Notes: generated by a model not told the origin, from the sequence alone. Numbered from the stretch's first letter, positions 23,801 to 34,849 are shown. The stretch is 35,680 bases of DNA from Catajapyx aquilonaris (GCA_000934665.2 JYFJ02004005.1:1-35680), one strand, 5' to 3'. Made by a program: numbers and translations.

Positions 23801-26800
23801 ACGTCAAAGGCACATCTGATGTTATGGTACTGTCTGGTAGTAGATCAATACGGGGGAGGCACGGTGGCAGAGATGGTAACGTCTCGGCGAAAGGTCCCGG
23901 GTTCAAATCCCCACCCAGGAACAAACCTTTCGCTTGCGTCAATGGGTCATGACCCGCGCCTAAGGAGGCATCTTGGCAACCTGACCTCCTGGGGGACTGC
24001 ACCTGGCCCATTGCTGGACAATGCACCTGCACATGTGTCCCCTCCCCAAATCCCCCTACCCTTACCCAATTTCCTAGTATTCCTTGCACCGGTGATCGAA
24101 GAAAAATACAAGTTGAAAACTGTGTGGTGGTCTGCCACCCCCCTATAACGACTTAGTAGTTGTATCACGGGGTAAATATTTTTTTTTTAAAAAAAAGTAG
24201 ATCAATACAGTACTCAATGCTGTCAGATGTCAGCACATGAGGAAAATAACAACCACACCACATGGGTGTCGCACCTGGATTCTTGGCATTTGATCACCTA
24301 CTCAAATCACCAAATTTTCCCTTATTTTTGAGTCCAAGTTGTACAATGATCTGAGTGCCTCCAAAGAATGTCAATAAGAGCAAAGATGGCTTCACTCACC
24401 TCTTGGGCTCTACATCGTGATGCCAATTCCCACAAAACAAGGCCACAGGCATACATGTCGATGCGGAGGAAGGCATCTCTAGAAAAGTTGATGGCCCCTT
24501 CCAAGACTTCAGGTGCCATGTACCGTCTTGTTCCCACCTATGAGTAGACAATCTGTCAAGAAATAGATACAGTACAATGTTTCAGAATTTAAAAAAAATT
24601 CTTGCCTGGCCATGTGTTTCTCCACACGACTTTCCAGGCTGAAATACGAGTGCAAGTCCAAAGTCAGCCACACATGCAGAAAGGTCTGCTTTCAACAACA
24701 CATTTTTGGATTTGAAGTCCCGATGAGCTATGGCAGGTTTGTGACCATCAGCCTTGTTAGCTGGCATTTCTTCATGAAGGTGCATCAGCCCCCTTGCCAT
24801 GGTTTCAGCAATCTTGCGCAGCTCAGGCCATGTCACCACATTTGCCTGCAACAAAATGGACACACTTGTTAGGCACTTCAAAGAGCTGCTGGCAACGTAA
24901 TGTTTGCATATCTTGCCCTCAGCTGGCACATTTTGTGCATTGGGAACCTTCCCTTTTGACCGCCTACCCCGGAAGCCTTCACAAGCCAGCAGCAAAATAG
25001 TCTGAATTGAGTTGTGAACAATCACCTTGCAAATTGAACTCAGGTGGGCCACCCACAGAGACTTCCAACTGAGCGCATTTGTATCGCCTCGACAATACCG
25101 GAGCACAGTGTCATGGGCACAAATCACTCAGACATCTCTAGTACCCCGCTCCTCACTTAAGAGGATTTCCATCAAGGAAATCGAGAGCTCTAGTCTCAGA
25201 CCTTCCCGAGAAGAAAAAAGCAACTGGGTGCTTCGTGCGTGCTCCCCACGTGCAAGCTTGCAGCTGGCTTCTGCCTGCCATGGCAGACAGGCTCCAAGGA
25301 GCCCCCATCACAATAAGCATGCATTTCATCCTAGGGCACAGGTATCAGCTCACTCCTGTCTAGACTTTGCATACCTTCAGATAGTCACATAGGGATCCCT
25401 TTTCATGGAAAGCTGTAATGAGCCAGAACTCAGCATTGATGTTGTCACCTCGCTTCTCGACCCCAATGAATTGCAGAATATTCTCATGGTCCATGTGAGG
25501 CAGCTTATAAATATCTTGCTCTGTTACCCAGGATGGCCGATCCTATTATTAAGGAGAATGAAGGGTAAATGACATTGTAACTCCTCCAATTTACAAAATC
25601 TTGCCTGAAGCGGAAATATTTTGACAGCCACAGTTTCTGTCTTGTACTGTGCCTTCCACACAGCTCCAAACCGACCTCTTGCTTTGATTTCCAGCAACTG
25701 GATTGCTCTTAAACCCATCAGTGGAGATGGAGTAGGTGGTGGTAGTGGTTCGATGGTAGGGACCTAGGGCAATTCAAATATTTTTTTAAATAACAATTTC
25801 CTCACACAAATGTTACACCTGCAAGTCTTACCTCATTAAAGTATGGTAACTTTCGTTTCCTGTAGAACCAATAACAAGCTGCACATGTGACGGTAAGGAC
25901 AAAAAATGGTACAAGGGTATACAGCAATGTGTTCCACACTTGCTGATTGCCTGGCTTCACCGACTTTGCTGAAATTAGCGACAAGCATTGTCAGAGCAGA
26001 GGCTTCAAAGCCATACTAACAAAACTTACGTTGAGGAGTAGGTGGTGGAGTAGGTGAAGGCTCCCATGTGAAGTTCCTGTTGCACATGTTACCTTCACAA
26101 CAGCAGAACATAAGCTGTTTCTTGGGCTCCTCTCTTTTTTCAATGCATTTTGGTTGGTCATAACAGTCAATGTTGTTCAAGAAGCACCCCTATACAATGA
26201 ACAGGTAGCATAAAGTACTTGGTACACGCAATAAGCGTTTTGAACATTCAATCACTCTTGTAACTTCCTGCACCTTCAATTTGATGGAGGGTTTTCCAGA
26301 GCTTGTATTATTCCACAGTACATAACAATGATTTCTCTTTTCAGGTTCAGTTTGTTCACATTCTTGAGTTTCATTACATCCTCGTCCGGTTTCTTGGCAA
26401 AGAGTGTCATTATGATATTCACAATGGGTAGTAACAATGCTTTGTGATTGGGTCACACCTGGAACACAATAATGTTTCATTAAGACTGAGTGCAACTCAT
26501 GGTAGTAGAGCCATGAACACGCCATTCCTCCAGTGGAGGGGAAATAAATTTGGCAGTACATTCTGCTCAAGAGGTATCTAATGGGCTGTCTCAGCATTTA
26601 TGCATCACAATCTTAGGATGTAGGCTACTGTAAGAGTACAAGCTCTTAACCCTAATAAGACCGGGTGGTTTTTCGCGTTTTTGCAACGATCTCAAAAAAA
26701 TTCGCTTGCTTTGTCACTTGGGGGACGAGACTTGAATACACTAGTGAATAAGATCGTCTCGTGTCCAGGCTTGATCCTGAGGCCATCTATGTGACCCTCC

Positions 26801-28002
26801 TCTCATACCATATGGAGATGTCAATTCTTAAAAGCGCAACAAGGTGGCGCAGGGGGTATGTTTCGTGACTACTCCAATTTTTTGTCACTCTGCCTGCCTG
26901 ACAAAAAGTATATTGGTATGTAGCCTTGGCAGCGCTGAACAAAGCAGTACATAAGCACATGGCATGAATTACATCACAGGACCGGCAGGCGAGCAGCAGT
27001 GATAAACATACACCCCCTCCCGAGTGTAAACCTCCCTCGCGCCACAGCTGTTCAAAAACCCCGCGGGGCATGCACCCCTCCATCCTGACAGGCTGGCCGG
27101 GAGATGCGCAGTGGCCCACCAGCCGCTAATTGGCATTTACGAACATTATTACTTTATTTTAAAACGATTGAATTATCTTTTGCACAAATTTTAGGGTGGA
27201 ATCTCTTGAGGTTTGGGGGCAACTATGTATGCCAATAATATGCCGGCCAAGGTTGGATTTTTTCCCTTTTTTGAAGTTTTTTTCTCCAGCGGCCGCAAAA
27301 AGATGATTTCATTCAAGTTAATCTGGTTAATCCGGTTTATTTATGCAAGATTTTGTAGTCCAAAACTCGCGATTTTTTACGCTAGAGAAAATTTAAAAAG
27401 CCACGCAGAAACCACGTTACATAGAGGGAAAACGCTATAGTTTCTCCAGCAGAATTTTTTAAAGCCACCGTATCAGCATATGATACGCCCGTCTTATCAG
27501 GGTTAAAAATATATGGATGATGTAGCAGATTTTATGGTGGTTGATGATATTAGCCTGTGACAAAGGACAAATCTGGTATCGTACCTTCAAAATTAAACAG
27601 TTTTTTTAGGCCTCCTGAAAAGTTGTCATTTCATCATATTATAGCAGGTTTTTATTTTACAGAAACAATATGCAGGAGAATTATATCGAGGTTTTACTGT
27701 AATTTCATGAACTAACACTAATTGTACAGAATCTAGATCAGCCCACGCCCCACCTTCAAAATTTATGCATATTATTGGAAAGCCTGTAAAATAAGCTTTT
27801 CAATGATGCAACTCCCTACTACACTTGCAGGTAAGGCAACAGCAGCGAATGGATATGACTATCCAAGTGAGTGTCACCATCACTGATGTGAGCTAAATTA
27901 TGAAAATCAGGTATGCATCCACAATTCCAATTACCTACCATAATAGAGGCATAAGAGGCATGCTAGTGACACCTTCGTATTTCCAGGCTGTGTCAACTTC
28001 AT
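14561..28002 (-). CDS. put: Activin/BMP type II receptor Ser/Thr kinase (punt / ACVR2-like), spliced CDS of about 570 aa: join of 28002-27939, 26458-26274, 26189-26030, 25968-25832, 25763-25605, 25542-25375, 24845-24606, 24537-24400, 20262-20131, 14890-14561
   Basis: Exons join in one open frame (1713 nt) with matching phases. Features: signal peptide, CCCEGNMCN Cys box, TM segment, and type II receptor kinase motifs [71 protein letters not shown]. No GS box, so type II; no long BMPR2/wit-type tail. The extreme C-terminus is uncertain. Confidence 0.95.
15441..15765. mobile_element. 325-bp pogo/Tigger-like MITE
   Basis: TA|CAGGTAGTCCCCGGTTTACGAAC ... GTTCGTAGACCGGTGAATACCTG|TA. Confidence 0.8.
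16638..16888 (+). pseudogene. Frameshifted THAP zinc-finger exon
   Basis: [16 protein letters not shown]... then, after a frame change, RQWREALN...VCMDHF...[11 protein letters not shown]|gtagga: C2CH signature, conserved W and AVPT box. Confidence 0.8.
16930..17420. mobile_element. 491-bp almost fully palindromic MITE
   Basis: Arms 16930-17152 / 17198-17420 (CCCACCAAAAA...TTTTTGGTGGG), spacer about 45 bp; TSD not evident. Confidence 0.85.
18775..19100 (+). mobile_element. Possible Helitron/Helentron-associated non-autonomous element fragment
   Basis: GCCAAATTTCAGC motif followed by an AGTG/AGTC microsatellite, a layout I recall from insect Helentron-derived repeats; boundaries approximate. 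Confidence 0.4.
20131..20262 (-). CDS. put: punt exon, kinase X ([44 protein letters not shown])
   Basis: ttcag acceptor, TCG|GTATGT donor; 132 nt. Confidence 0.95.
20462..21259 (+). mobile_element. Old Tc1/mariner-type remnant interrupted by a SINE
   Basis: TA|CAGGGTGGTCCA ... TGGAACACCCTG ends; decayed WPxxSxxLTP-like coding trace near 20818-20850. Confidence 0.55.
20866..21147 (-). mobile_element. tRNA-derived SINE
   Basis: A box TGGCATAGTGG and B box GGTTCGAATCC; 14-bp TSD TACACAGGTTATTT (20852-20865, 21148-21161). Confidence 0.9.
21574..22343 (-). mobile_element. 770-bp internally deleted mariner element nested in the Transib element
   Basis: TA TSD; perfect 27-bp TIR CGAGGGGGAATCAAATGAAAACGATAA; N-terminal HTH (ATG 22182, [10 protein letters not shown]...EIHRRM) fused to [13 protein letters not shown]...KKFQSNDEV; linker and first two catalytic Asp regions missing; frameshifted. 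Confidence 0.93.
22882..22995 (+). pseudogene. Second mariner transposase N-terminal fragment inside the Transib element
   Basis: [37 protein letters not shown] matches mariner HTH1 through the GRP motif. Confidence 0.75.
23560..23783 (-). mobile_element. tRNA-derived SINE
   Basis: Head GGTGGCGGAGTTGTTAGCG...GAGTTTGATCCC; 14-bp TSD GAGATGAAAAATAT (23546-23559, 23784-23797). Confidence 0.88.
23852..24195 (+). mobile_element. tRNA-derived SINE
   Basis: GGTGGCAGAGATGG A box, GGTTCAAATCC B box; 13-bp TSD AGTAGATCAATAC (23839-23851, 24196-24208). Confidence 0.88.
24400..24537 (-). CDS. put: punt exon, kinase VIII-IX ([46 protein letters not shown])
   Basis: catag acceptor, GAG|GTGAGT donor; 138 nt. 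Confidence 0.96.
24606..24845 (-). CDS. put: punt exon, kinase VI-VII (ANVVTW...[13 protein letters not shown]...ADFGLA...GETHGQ)
   Basis: ttgcag acceptor; ends at GC donor CAG|GCAAGA; 240 nt = 80 codons. Confidence 0.95.
25375..25542 (-). CDS. put: punt exon, kinase III-V ([27 protein letters not shown]...[18 protein letters not shown])
   Basis: aatag acceptor, AAG|GTATGC donor; 168 nt = 56 codons. Not in the ORF track. Confidence 0.93.
25605..25763 (-). CDS. put: punt exon, juxtamembrane and kinase subdomains I-II (VPTIEP...[26 protein letters not shown])
   Basis: ccctag acceptor; ends at GC donor CAG|GCAAGA; 159 nt = 53 codons. Confidence 0.93.
25832..25968 (-). CDS. put: punt exon, transmembrane helix ([29 protein letters not shown])
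   Basis: tttcag acceptor, GAG|GTAAGA donor; hydrophobic stretch followed by basic stop-transfer residues. Confidence 0.92.
26030..26189 (-). CDS. put: punt exon, ectodomain part 2 ([15 protein letters not shown]...[26 protein letters not shown])
   Basis: tatag acceptor, C|GTAAGT donor, canonical Cys box. Confidence 0.93.
26274..26458 (-). CDS. put: punt exon, ectodomain part 1 ([14 protein letters not shown]...[20 protein letters not shown])
   Basis: ttccag acceptor, AAG|GTGCAG donor; Cys spacing of the activin type II receptor ectodomain. Confidence 0.9.
26650..27502. mobile_element. 853-bp non-autonomous piggyBac-like element
   Basis: TTAA|CCCTAATAAGAC ... GTCTTATCAGGG|TTAA. Confidence 0.85.
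27939..28002 (-). CDS. put: punt coding exon 1, signal peptide [22 protein letters not shown]
   Basis: Strong polypyrimidine-CAG acceptor (exon begins 28051), ATG at 28002, donor G|GTAGGT in phase 1 matching the next exon; hydrophobic core. Not in the ORF track. Confidence 0.8.
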
Positions 28003-28098
28003 TGCGCCTGTTGTGTTTGTGTGATCATGACAATGCAATGTGGCCTACATTCTGAAAGAGAAAGAAATATTTTTGAGATTAGTTAAATCTATGTCATA

Positions 28099-28306
28099 CA
28101 GGATGGTCCAACATCAAGTGTCGTTTTCTAATGGCTATTAATAGCAGTGATTTTGAGATGACGTAGCAGCGACGTGTAAAATTGCCCACTTCGATGGCGC
28201 CGAAGATGCGCCGAAGTGGGACATTTTACGCGTCACTGCTACGTCATCGCAAAATCACTGCTATTAATAGCCGTTATAAAACGACACTTGATGTTGGACT
28301 ACCCTG
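28099..28306. mobile_element. 208-bp palindromic Tc1/mariner-type MITE
   Basis: TA TSD; arms of about 95 bp, CAGGATGGTCCAACATCAAGTGTCG / CGACACTTGATGTTGGACTACCCTG. Confidence 0.85.
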
Positions 28307-28339
28307 TATACCTTGACTTGGTATTGTGAGAAAATCTCT

Positions 28340-29243
28340 CAAGAGACCTTTCTGGGTTGATAATAATGGATCAAGATGAAACTGAATATGCTAATCAAGG
28401 GCAATATATGATAACCAAAAATGAAGTAATTTCGTGCTGAGGCCTGTATTTGCCAAAGTTATGATGTGTTGAAGTGCCAAAAATAGCACTTCCATATGAA
28501 ATGGGATTACATTAGCGATGACATATAATGGCATTGAAGTGTGTAATCAGTTATATTGTACCAAATTCACATTATTTAACACTCATATAATTTATTTACT
28601 GGTTTGTGTTTATACACCAGGGTTCTCCAAGGTTCTCTAGGTACATATTCAGGATATTTTAACATATTTCATAAGAAAGATTAAAATGATGAAATATGTT
28701 AAAATATCCTGAATATGTACCTAGAGAACCTTGGAGAACCGTATGTGGAGTTTTCTGTAGTGCCAGAAAGCTACAAATAAGTATTAATTAATTTCTCGTA
28801 AAGTACGACGATTTCAGCAAATTCCTCTGGTATGGTTCTCAAAGTTGTTATTCCGCACATTTTAACGCATTTCATAATTAAATCAGCCTAAAAGTTGGGC
28901 GGCAGTAGTCCAATTTCGAGTTATTATAGCCCTTTTTTGGAAATTAATTTAGGGACTTCTAGACGAGTAAAATGGTTCCAGACACATTCATAGGGTTTTC
29001 CCAGATCTCGTAAGTATAGCTGTTATTATTTGCAAAATATCTTGTCCGTATCTTCGGAGTACGCGTAAGCCGAAAACTGTGTGGTTCGGGCCGATCTGGG
29101 GCTGAAGGGGTTAACAGGCCATAACTTTTGCAAATATGGGCCTCGGCATGAAATGACTTCATTTTTGGTTATCATATATTGTCCTCAATTAGCATATTCA
29201 GTTTCATCTTGATCCGTTAATATCACCCCTGAAAGGTCCCTTG
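28340..29243. mobile_element. Composite inverted-repeat element with about 120-bp arms, an internal perfect hairpin and an orphan piggyBac-like end
   Basis: Arms about 28340-28461 / 29120-29243; perfect 52-bp hairpin 28621-28672 / 28689-28740; GAAGGGG|TTAA at 29110. Confidence 0.7.
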
Positions 29244-30871
29244 TCAGTTTATTTGCTTATCATCGCTGGGTAATACATTTATGACAAACACAAGAGCCAT
29301 GGGGGTGCATGGTGAAAGGGTCATCAATAAATGATGGGATTAGGGGGTGGGTACAGTACATAAAGGTTAAGAGTTTGACGATGATTGGGCGAATAACCAT
29401 TTCTTCAGCAGAGGCACAGGCTTTCAAATATTTTCGTGACTGGAGTGATAGTGCCTATTGGGGATGTTAGAGAGTGCTAGATGACGCTGCTATTCTTTCA
29501 AGATTTTTTCCTTATTGCTTTTAGGTAATGGACAAAGGTCACAATAGTGTTCATTTAAGTAGACTGGCTTAACAACATTGAACCTCTAGGAGCTGGGACC
29601 CTGTGTGAGGGCACGGGGTGGTTCTCTCCCCCCTCTGCCCAGATTTCAGTTGCTACTTCTTCTGCATTACATTATTGGGCTGTAAAAAGTATCACATATT
29701 GTTGTGGATGGGTTTTACAACATGGATTATCCCTTATTTATAATGGGCAGTGAATAACAATATTAAATGCTCAACTGTTAATGTATATTCAGAGGTGTAA
29801 CCTGGCCTAAATGGCATTTAAAGTCAAAAAAGTTATCGGAGTTTGTTTTCTTTATATGCCAATTTAAAAACACCATACCATTTGAGTAATTTTGTTGGAC
29901 TGTGGGTCAACAATGTTTCAGGCCAGTTAAAGGTGTCCACCAGACAACGTAGTCATTGAAGACTATAAAAACAATATTAACCCCCAGTCCGCCGATGACA
30001 TTTCAACTAGTTACCCTGCCTAACAATACATGGATTAGTTCCTGATGTATACAATAAGCATGAATTGCAATTTTGGTAAAAAAAAACTTTAAGGCATGAT
30101 TATTGCAGTTGAATGCCATTCAAATTATCAACTGCCCCAGTTCTACTCCAACCTTTGTCCACATTTCCTTGCTGCCCACTCCAGCTTTGAACCTGCTTCT
30201 TATTACTGTCTTTTAAATGCATGTTCATTCATCATGACGATCTTCTGTGTTACACTCAGGATACAAGTTTACTAATCAGATATACCACCAGGGTGACATG
30301 CTCTAATTAGTGGATTGGTAGCAACTGTTTGCACTGCCATTTCAACCCAAAGACTTGTTGCTGCACCCTGCAAATTATATTACCTTTAGGTGGGTAGAAA
30401 GAAAGACATGCAATATGGTGGGATTAATTTATCAGAACAGAAGGACATAATGGATGTTGTGTCTGTAACTTGTCAATATGGAGCAATTCCAGCGTTATGG
30501 ACGCTAAAATCACACGCTCATTTGGGGAAAGGTGGCTGCTTCCCCGCTGGTACATGCAAGTGAGACGTAATGGGTATGGCCAGAGGAACAATAAGGATCT
30601 GTACTTCCATATGTGGCAACTGGAATATTTGCTCCTATTCGAACCAGTTGTTGCAAAAATCTGAAGATATGTTGGTCAGATGAGGATTTTTAATTTCTAG
30701 GATATAAGCAGAGAAATATTGATTCTTGAATCCTGCCGAGAGAATTGTCCCCACTGGTACTTGAGGTTGATTTCTTCACTACTCGGGTTTCCTTGTCCAG
30801 GAGTAAATCAGGAAACCTATATGCCACAAACCACAGCCTATAAGGCCTGGTTGCACCATTGCAAGTATAGC

Positions 30872-31352
30872 CAGCGACAGATTTACGGCAAGGCAACCTA
30901 GGCAGTTGCCTAGGGCGGCAGATTTCACCTAGGCAGATTTCAAGGGGCGGCAAATTTAGGCATACAAAAATAAGTAAACGAAGAATTAATAATAAATAAT
31001 TACACGAGTGGAAGCAGCACTGGATTTAGCATTAGGCAGAGTAGGCAATTGCCTAGGGGCTGCCACGAGCTGCAATAAATATTTTTCAAATAGGCTACAA
31101 TAATAGGAAATAAAGACGAAATCATTTAAAAATTCAAAATTTTCTCCGGATTTACCACTAGGCAGAAAAGCCTAAGGGCAGCCGCCCTCCGGGGCTTGTC
31201 ATAAGTTGAATTAGACATTTTTACATAAAATAAAATGTAATGAAGGAGAGAATTTGTGAGAAAAATGGCATTTTTAAGCGGCATTAGGGGGGGGGGGGGG
31301 GNGGGGGGGATCTCAACTGCCTAGGTGCGGCAGAGTGGTAAATCCAGCACTG
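30872..31352. mobile_element. 481-bp hAT-like MITE with a duplicated internal terminus
   Basis: TIR CAGCGACAGATTTAC / GTAAATCCAGCACTG; 8-bp TSD (A/G)GTATAGC; repeated GCCTAGG subterminal motifs; second terminus-like copy near 31015. Confidence 0.8.
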
Positions 31353-31453
31353 GGTATAGCCTTAAAACACTGGGCTACTGTTAGTAACTCCTAGAGGTAA
31401 ATTGCTGCCAATAATTAGTAATAAGTCATACTGAAATCCAATAAATCATTGTA

Positions 31454-32659
31454 CAGTGCTGGACACATTAGCTGTCGCTTAATGTTTTTTTTTCCGTTGG
31501 CGACGGCGCTGCGTTACCTGGTAACCCCGTCCGGCGGGCCAATTCAAACATCAGCATGTGGAGAGTGCTTCCATTGTTGCCACTGTTTATAAATCGAGTG
31601 AGTGACGCGGACGACCCAGCGACGGGTTTCTTCTGCCTGCTTACACAGTATCTGCAGGGATACGCAGCAAAAAACGGGAAAATAATGACGTTAGAAGCAA
31701 ACCACGTTGGGAAACTTATCCCTGGACTCAAAGAAAGGTTTTCGTCCACAGCACACGAAATATATTCCACCCCTGAGGAGGGGGTGTCAATTAAGATCAG
31801 GGGTGTGCTAATTGAAAGTGCTTCAACTGACGTACGGAATCTTTTGGTTTTTGTGTCTTTTCCGCGTACTTCGACACCTCTAAGATGAATGGAGACCATG
31901 CCCCGTATGTCAGACACCACGTCAGTCTCGTAATTTGTCCCCAAAGACGTCATATCTCAAAATGGCTTCCGCTGTTCCGTGATACGAGTACGTGTCGTTC
32001 GCGTCATATTCGCGCCAGGAAGAGATACACGACGAACGCTTGTTGCAGGTGTTCATATTATTGTGTCCAACCCCTGTACGTGTCATGTTAGTCGGGTATC
32101 TCTACCTGGCGCGAATATGACGTGAACAACATGTACTCGTATCGCGGAACAGCGGAAGCCATTTTGAGATATGACGTCTTTGGGGACAAATTACAAGACT
32201 GACGTGGTGTCTGACATACGGGGCATGGTCTCCATTCGTCTTAGAGGTGTCGAAGTACGCGGAAAAGACACAAAAACCAAAAGAGAATCCGTACGTCAGT
32301 TGAAGCACTTTCAATTAGCACACCCCTGATCTTAATTGACACCCCTTCCTCAGGGATGGAATATACGTATTTCGTGTGCTCTGGACGAAAACCTTTCTGA
32401 GTCCAGGGAAATTTTTCCCAACGTGGTTTGCTTCTAACATCATTATTTTCCCGTTTTTTGCTGCGTATCCCTGCAGATACTGTGTAAGAGGCAGAAGAAA
32501 CCCGTTGCTGGGTCGTCCGTGTCACTCACTCGATTTATAAACAGTGGCAACAATGGAAGCACTCTCCATGTGCTGGTGTTTGAATTGGCTTGCCAGGTAG
32601 CGCAGTGCCGTCGCCGACGGAAAAAAACAATTCAGCGACGGCTAATGTGTCCAGCACTG
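31454..32659. mobile_element. 1.2-kb Tc1-like foldback MITE
   Basis: TA|CAGTGCTGGACACATTAGC ... GCTAATGTGTCCAGCACTG|TA; arms of about 570 bp (31454-32028 / 32096-32659), spacer about 67 bp. Confidence 0.92.
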
Positions 32660-32895
32660 TATGTAAACAGCCTTTACCGAAGTGCAGCGGTTAATAAAAT
32701 ACATGTCTTAATTGAACCTTTGCTGGAACTGATTTCGTTGCCACATCTGTAACAGTTTTGCAGATTTTTTTTGTAGGTGATAGATATGGATGGTTTTACC
32801 TAGAATGGTGACAACAATGATAAGGAATTGGAAATCTGTACCAAAATGTCATTACCCAATAAATTATCGGGGGTTTAAAAGTCACTCTGAATGTG

Positions 32896-32949
32896 AGGGA
32901 GGGAGGAAGGGAGGGAGGGAGGGAGGGAGGGAGGGAGGGAGAGAGAGAG
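32896..32949. repeat. (GGGA)n/(GA)n microsatellite
   Basis: Directly visible polypurine run. Confidence 0.9.
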
Positions 32950-33425
32950 GCAGGTTCGCACCTGGGTATGTAGCAGGCACTGTCACTGAGCCCCAAGAAG
33001 AAACAAAGCAGCTGTGATGCTGACAGTGACGTCACTGTAGTCAATAATGGATAATAATGGGCAACAATGGATAATAAAACCGATCACAGCTCCAAAACTA
33101 TCATGTATTTCTTCAAACGAAAAAGGCCAAAAATCATTTGAAAGTTTGGACTATTTGATACAAGGGTTTGAAAAATGTAGGCTAGGGCCACATTATGACT
33201 TTGGAGTAGGCTCATTTCCATACTGGTTCCTGCCTTATGAGGAAACGTAGTAAATGGCATTTGCATCCATTTGTGGATAAACAAATGCACCCACCATGTT
33301 CTTTCATTCTGACTGCTACCACAATCTTTCTCCATGCACAAGAAAAAAAAGTTACCAATTCAACCGTGGATCCCATAAATAAAGGGTGTTCCAAGTATGT
33401 GGGTTCCTTTTGTTATAGGACATTA

Positions 33426-33620
33426 GGAGTGCATAGTGGTCTAGTGCCTACACCACTGGATAGCCAAGCGGGAGGTCTGGAGTTCAAATCCCATCCCCAC
33501 CACCTTCACTTGGCTAGATCTTTTTCTGCTTTTCACCTGATGTGTCCAGTCAAATTTGCATTTCCTTCTCTACCCAGGGTCAGGAGAAAAGGTATGGCAT
33601 AAGGACGGTCAAAATGACTC
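33426..33620 (+). mobile_element. Degenerate tRNA-derived SINE
   Basis: TAGTGGTCTAGTG and GAGTTCAAATCCC boxes; no clear TSD. Confidence 0.5.
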
Positions 33621-33709
33621 TAAACTAGTTACAGTACACTCCCTTTGGGAACCTTCCCTTCCCCCCAAACCCATGGACTAAGGTGTTGCAACAAATGAAG
33701 CAAGCATTT

Positions 33710-33992
33710 ACTTTTACAGTGGGGCTTAACGTCGGCCTATTTCTGCCGCAAGGCTAAACACCGATGCCAGGGGGTGGTCCTTCTCCTGGAAATTTGGCCA
33801 CTCTGGGGATCTTTAACATGCACTCGCACAATGTCACAAACACACGGGACCAACTACTTTACTTCCCCTCCGAAGGAAGGCGCACTCTCACTTTTCTACC
33901 ACCTGGAGAAAAGTCACCGACCTCGGCAGGGTTCGAACCCGCAACTTTGGGACTAGAGGCAAGCGCGCTAACCACCAGTCCACCGGCGCAGG
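33710..33992 (-). mobile_element. tRNA-derived SINE with a conserved central domain (Meta/Talua-like)
   Basis: GGTGGTTAGCGCG...GGTTCGAACCC head; TTCCTTCGGAGGGGAAGTAAA...GCATGTTAAAGATCCCC core; GACGTTAAGCCCCA tail. Family name is from recall, not a search. Confidence 0.75.
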
Positions 33993-34849
33993 CTATAGAC
34001 TACAATATAATAATTATGATGGATCCCGAAAGAATGGAAAGAACCTACTGAACATGCCAGTCAAGGCCTCACATATAGGCCTGCTGCTTGAAATTGTTGC
34101 CGGTTGCTATCCGTAAATCTACAACAATCCCTATTATTATAAACGAGAGTGGATGTACGTATAATTAATACGGGTAATTTATTTATAAATTTTTACACAG
34201 TACTGTATTTGGAGTTTGGCAGCACAAACAGTCAGCAACATCTCAGAAATACAAAGGTCTCTTACAGGGCTGCACACAAGTTGTTTGGACTCTAAGCTAG
34301 GTTGGGCAAATTTCCAGGCATGACAAAACACGGCAGCCAAAAATTCCACTTATCCAACTGAGTTTCATATTCGTGATTGTGGACAAAACCCCTCTGAACT
34401 CTCTCCAAGTGAGAAAATCTTTAGTATGACATGCAGATTTGGCTGGACCTCAGAAGTGGTTTGCCTATGGCCTAAACCCCCACCACCATACTGCCTGATG
34501 CAAGTATCAATGGCAATGTCCGGTTCCTTAAAATTATGAAATACATGTGCGCAACCTCCAAACACCCTATTGTCTCTTGATTTTCTCATACCTGTTCCAT
34601 AATGTGTCAATGTTACTCTGAGAATTTCAAACCTTTTTTCATGTATTAAGCACCCTACCAAACTACATCAATAGTTACTTATCTTGCAACATGTTACCAT
34701 ATGTAAGGTTCTAGATCATTGATTAACAGCAGAAGACCTGAATGGTGCAGGGTCATACATGATCACTGCACATCTTTGCTCAAATGTTCCTCTATGTCAT
34801 CAATTCTTTACGGAAATACTTCAGCTGCACATTTTCTGAGTCTACTCAC

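Noticed and set aside
24846..25127. N-terminal part of the 181-aa ORF 24582..25127
   Set aside because: Intronic read-through upstream of the ttgcag acceptor; the kinase N-lobe comes from upstream exons.
31468..32752. ORFs of 68-161 aa mirrored on both strands
   Set aside because: By-products of the 1.2-kb palindromic element; no recognisable domain.
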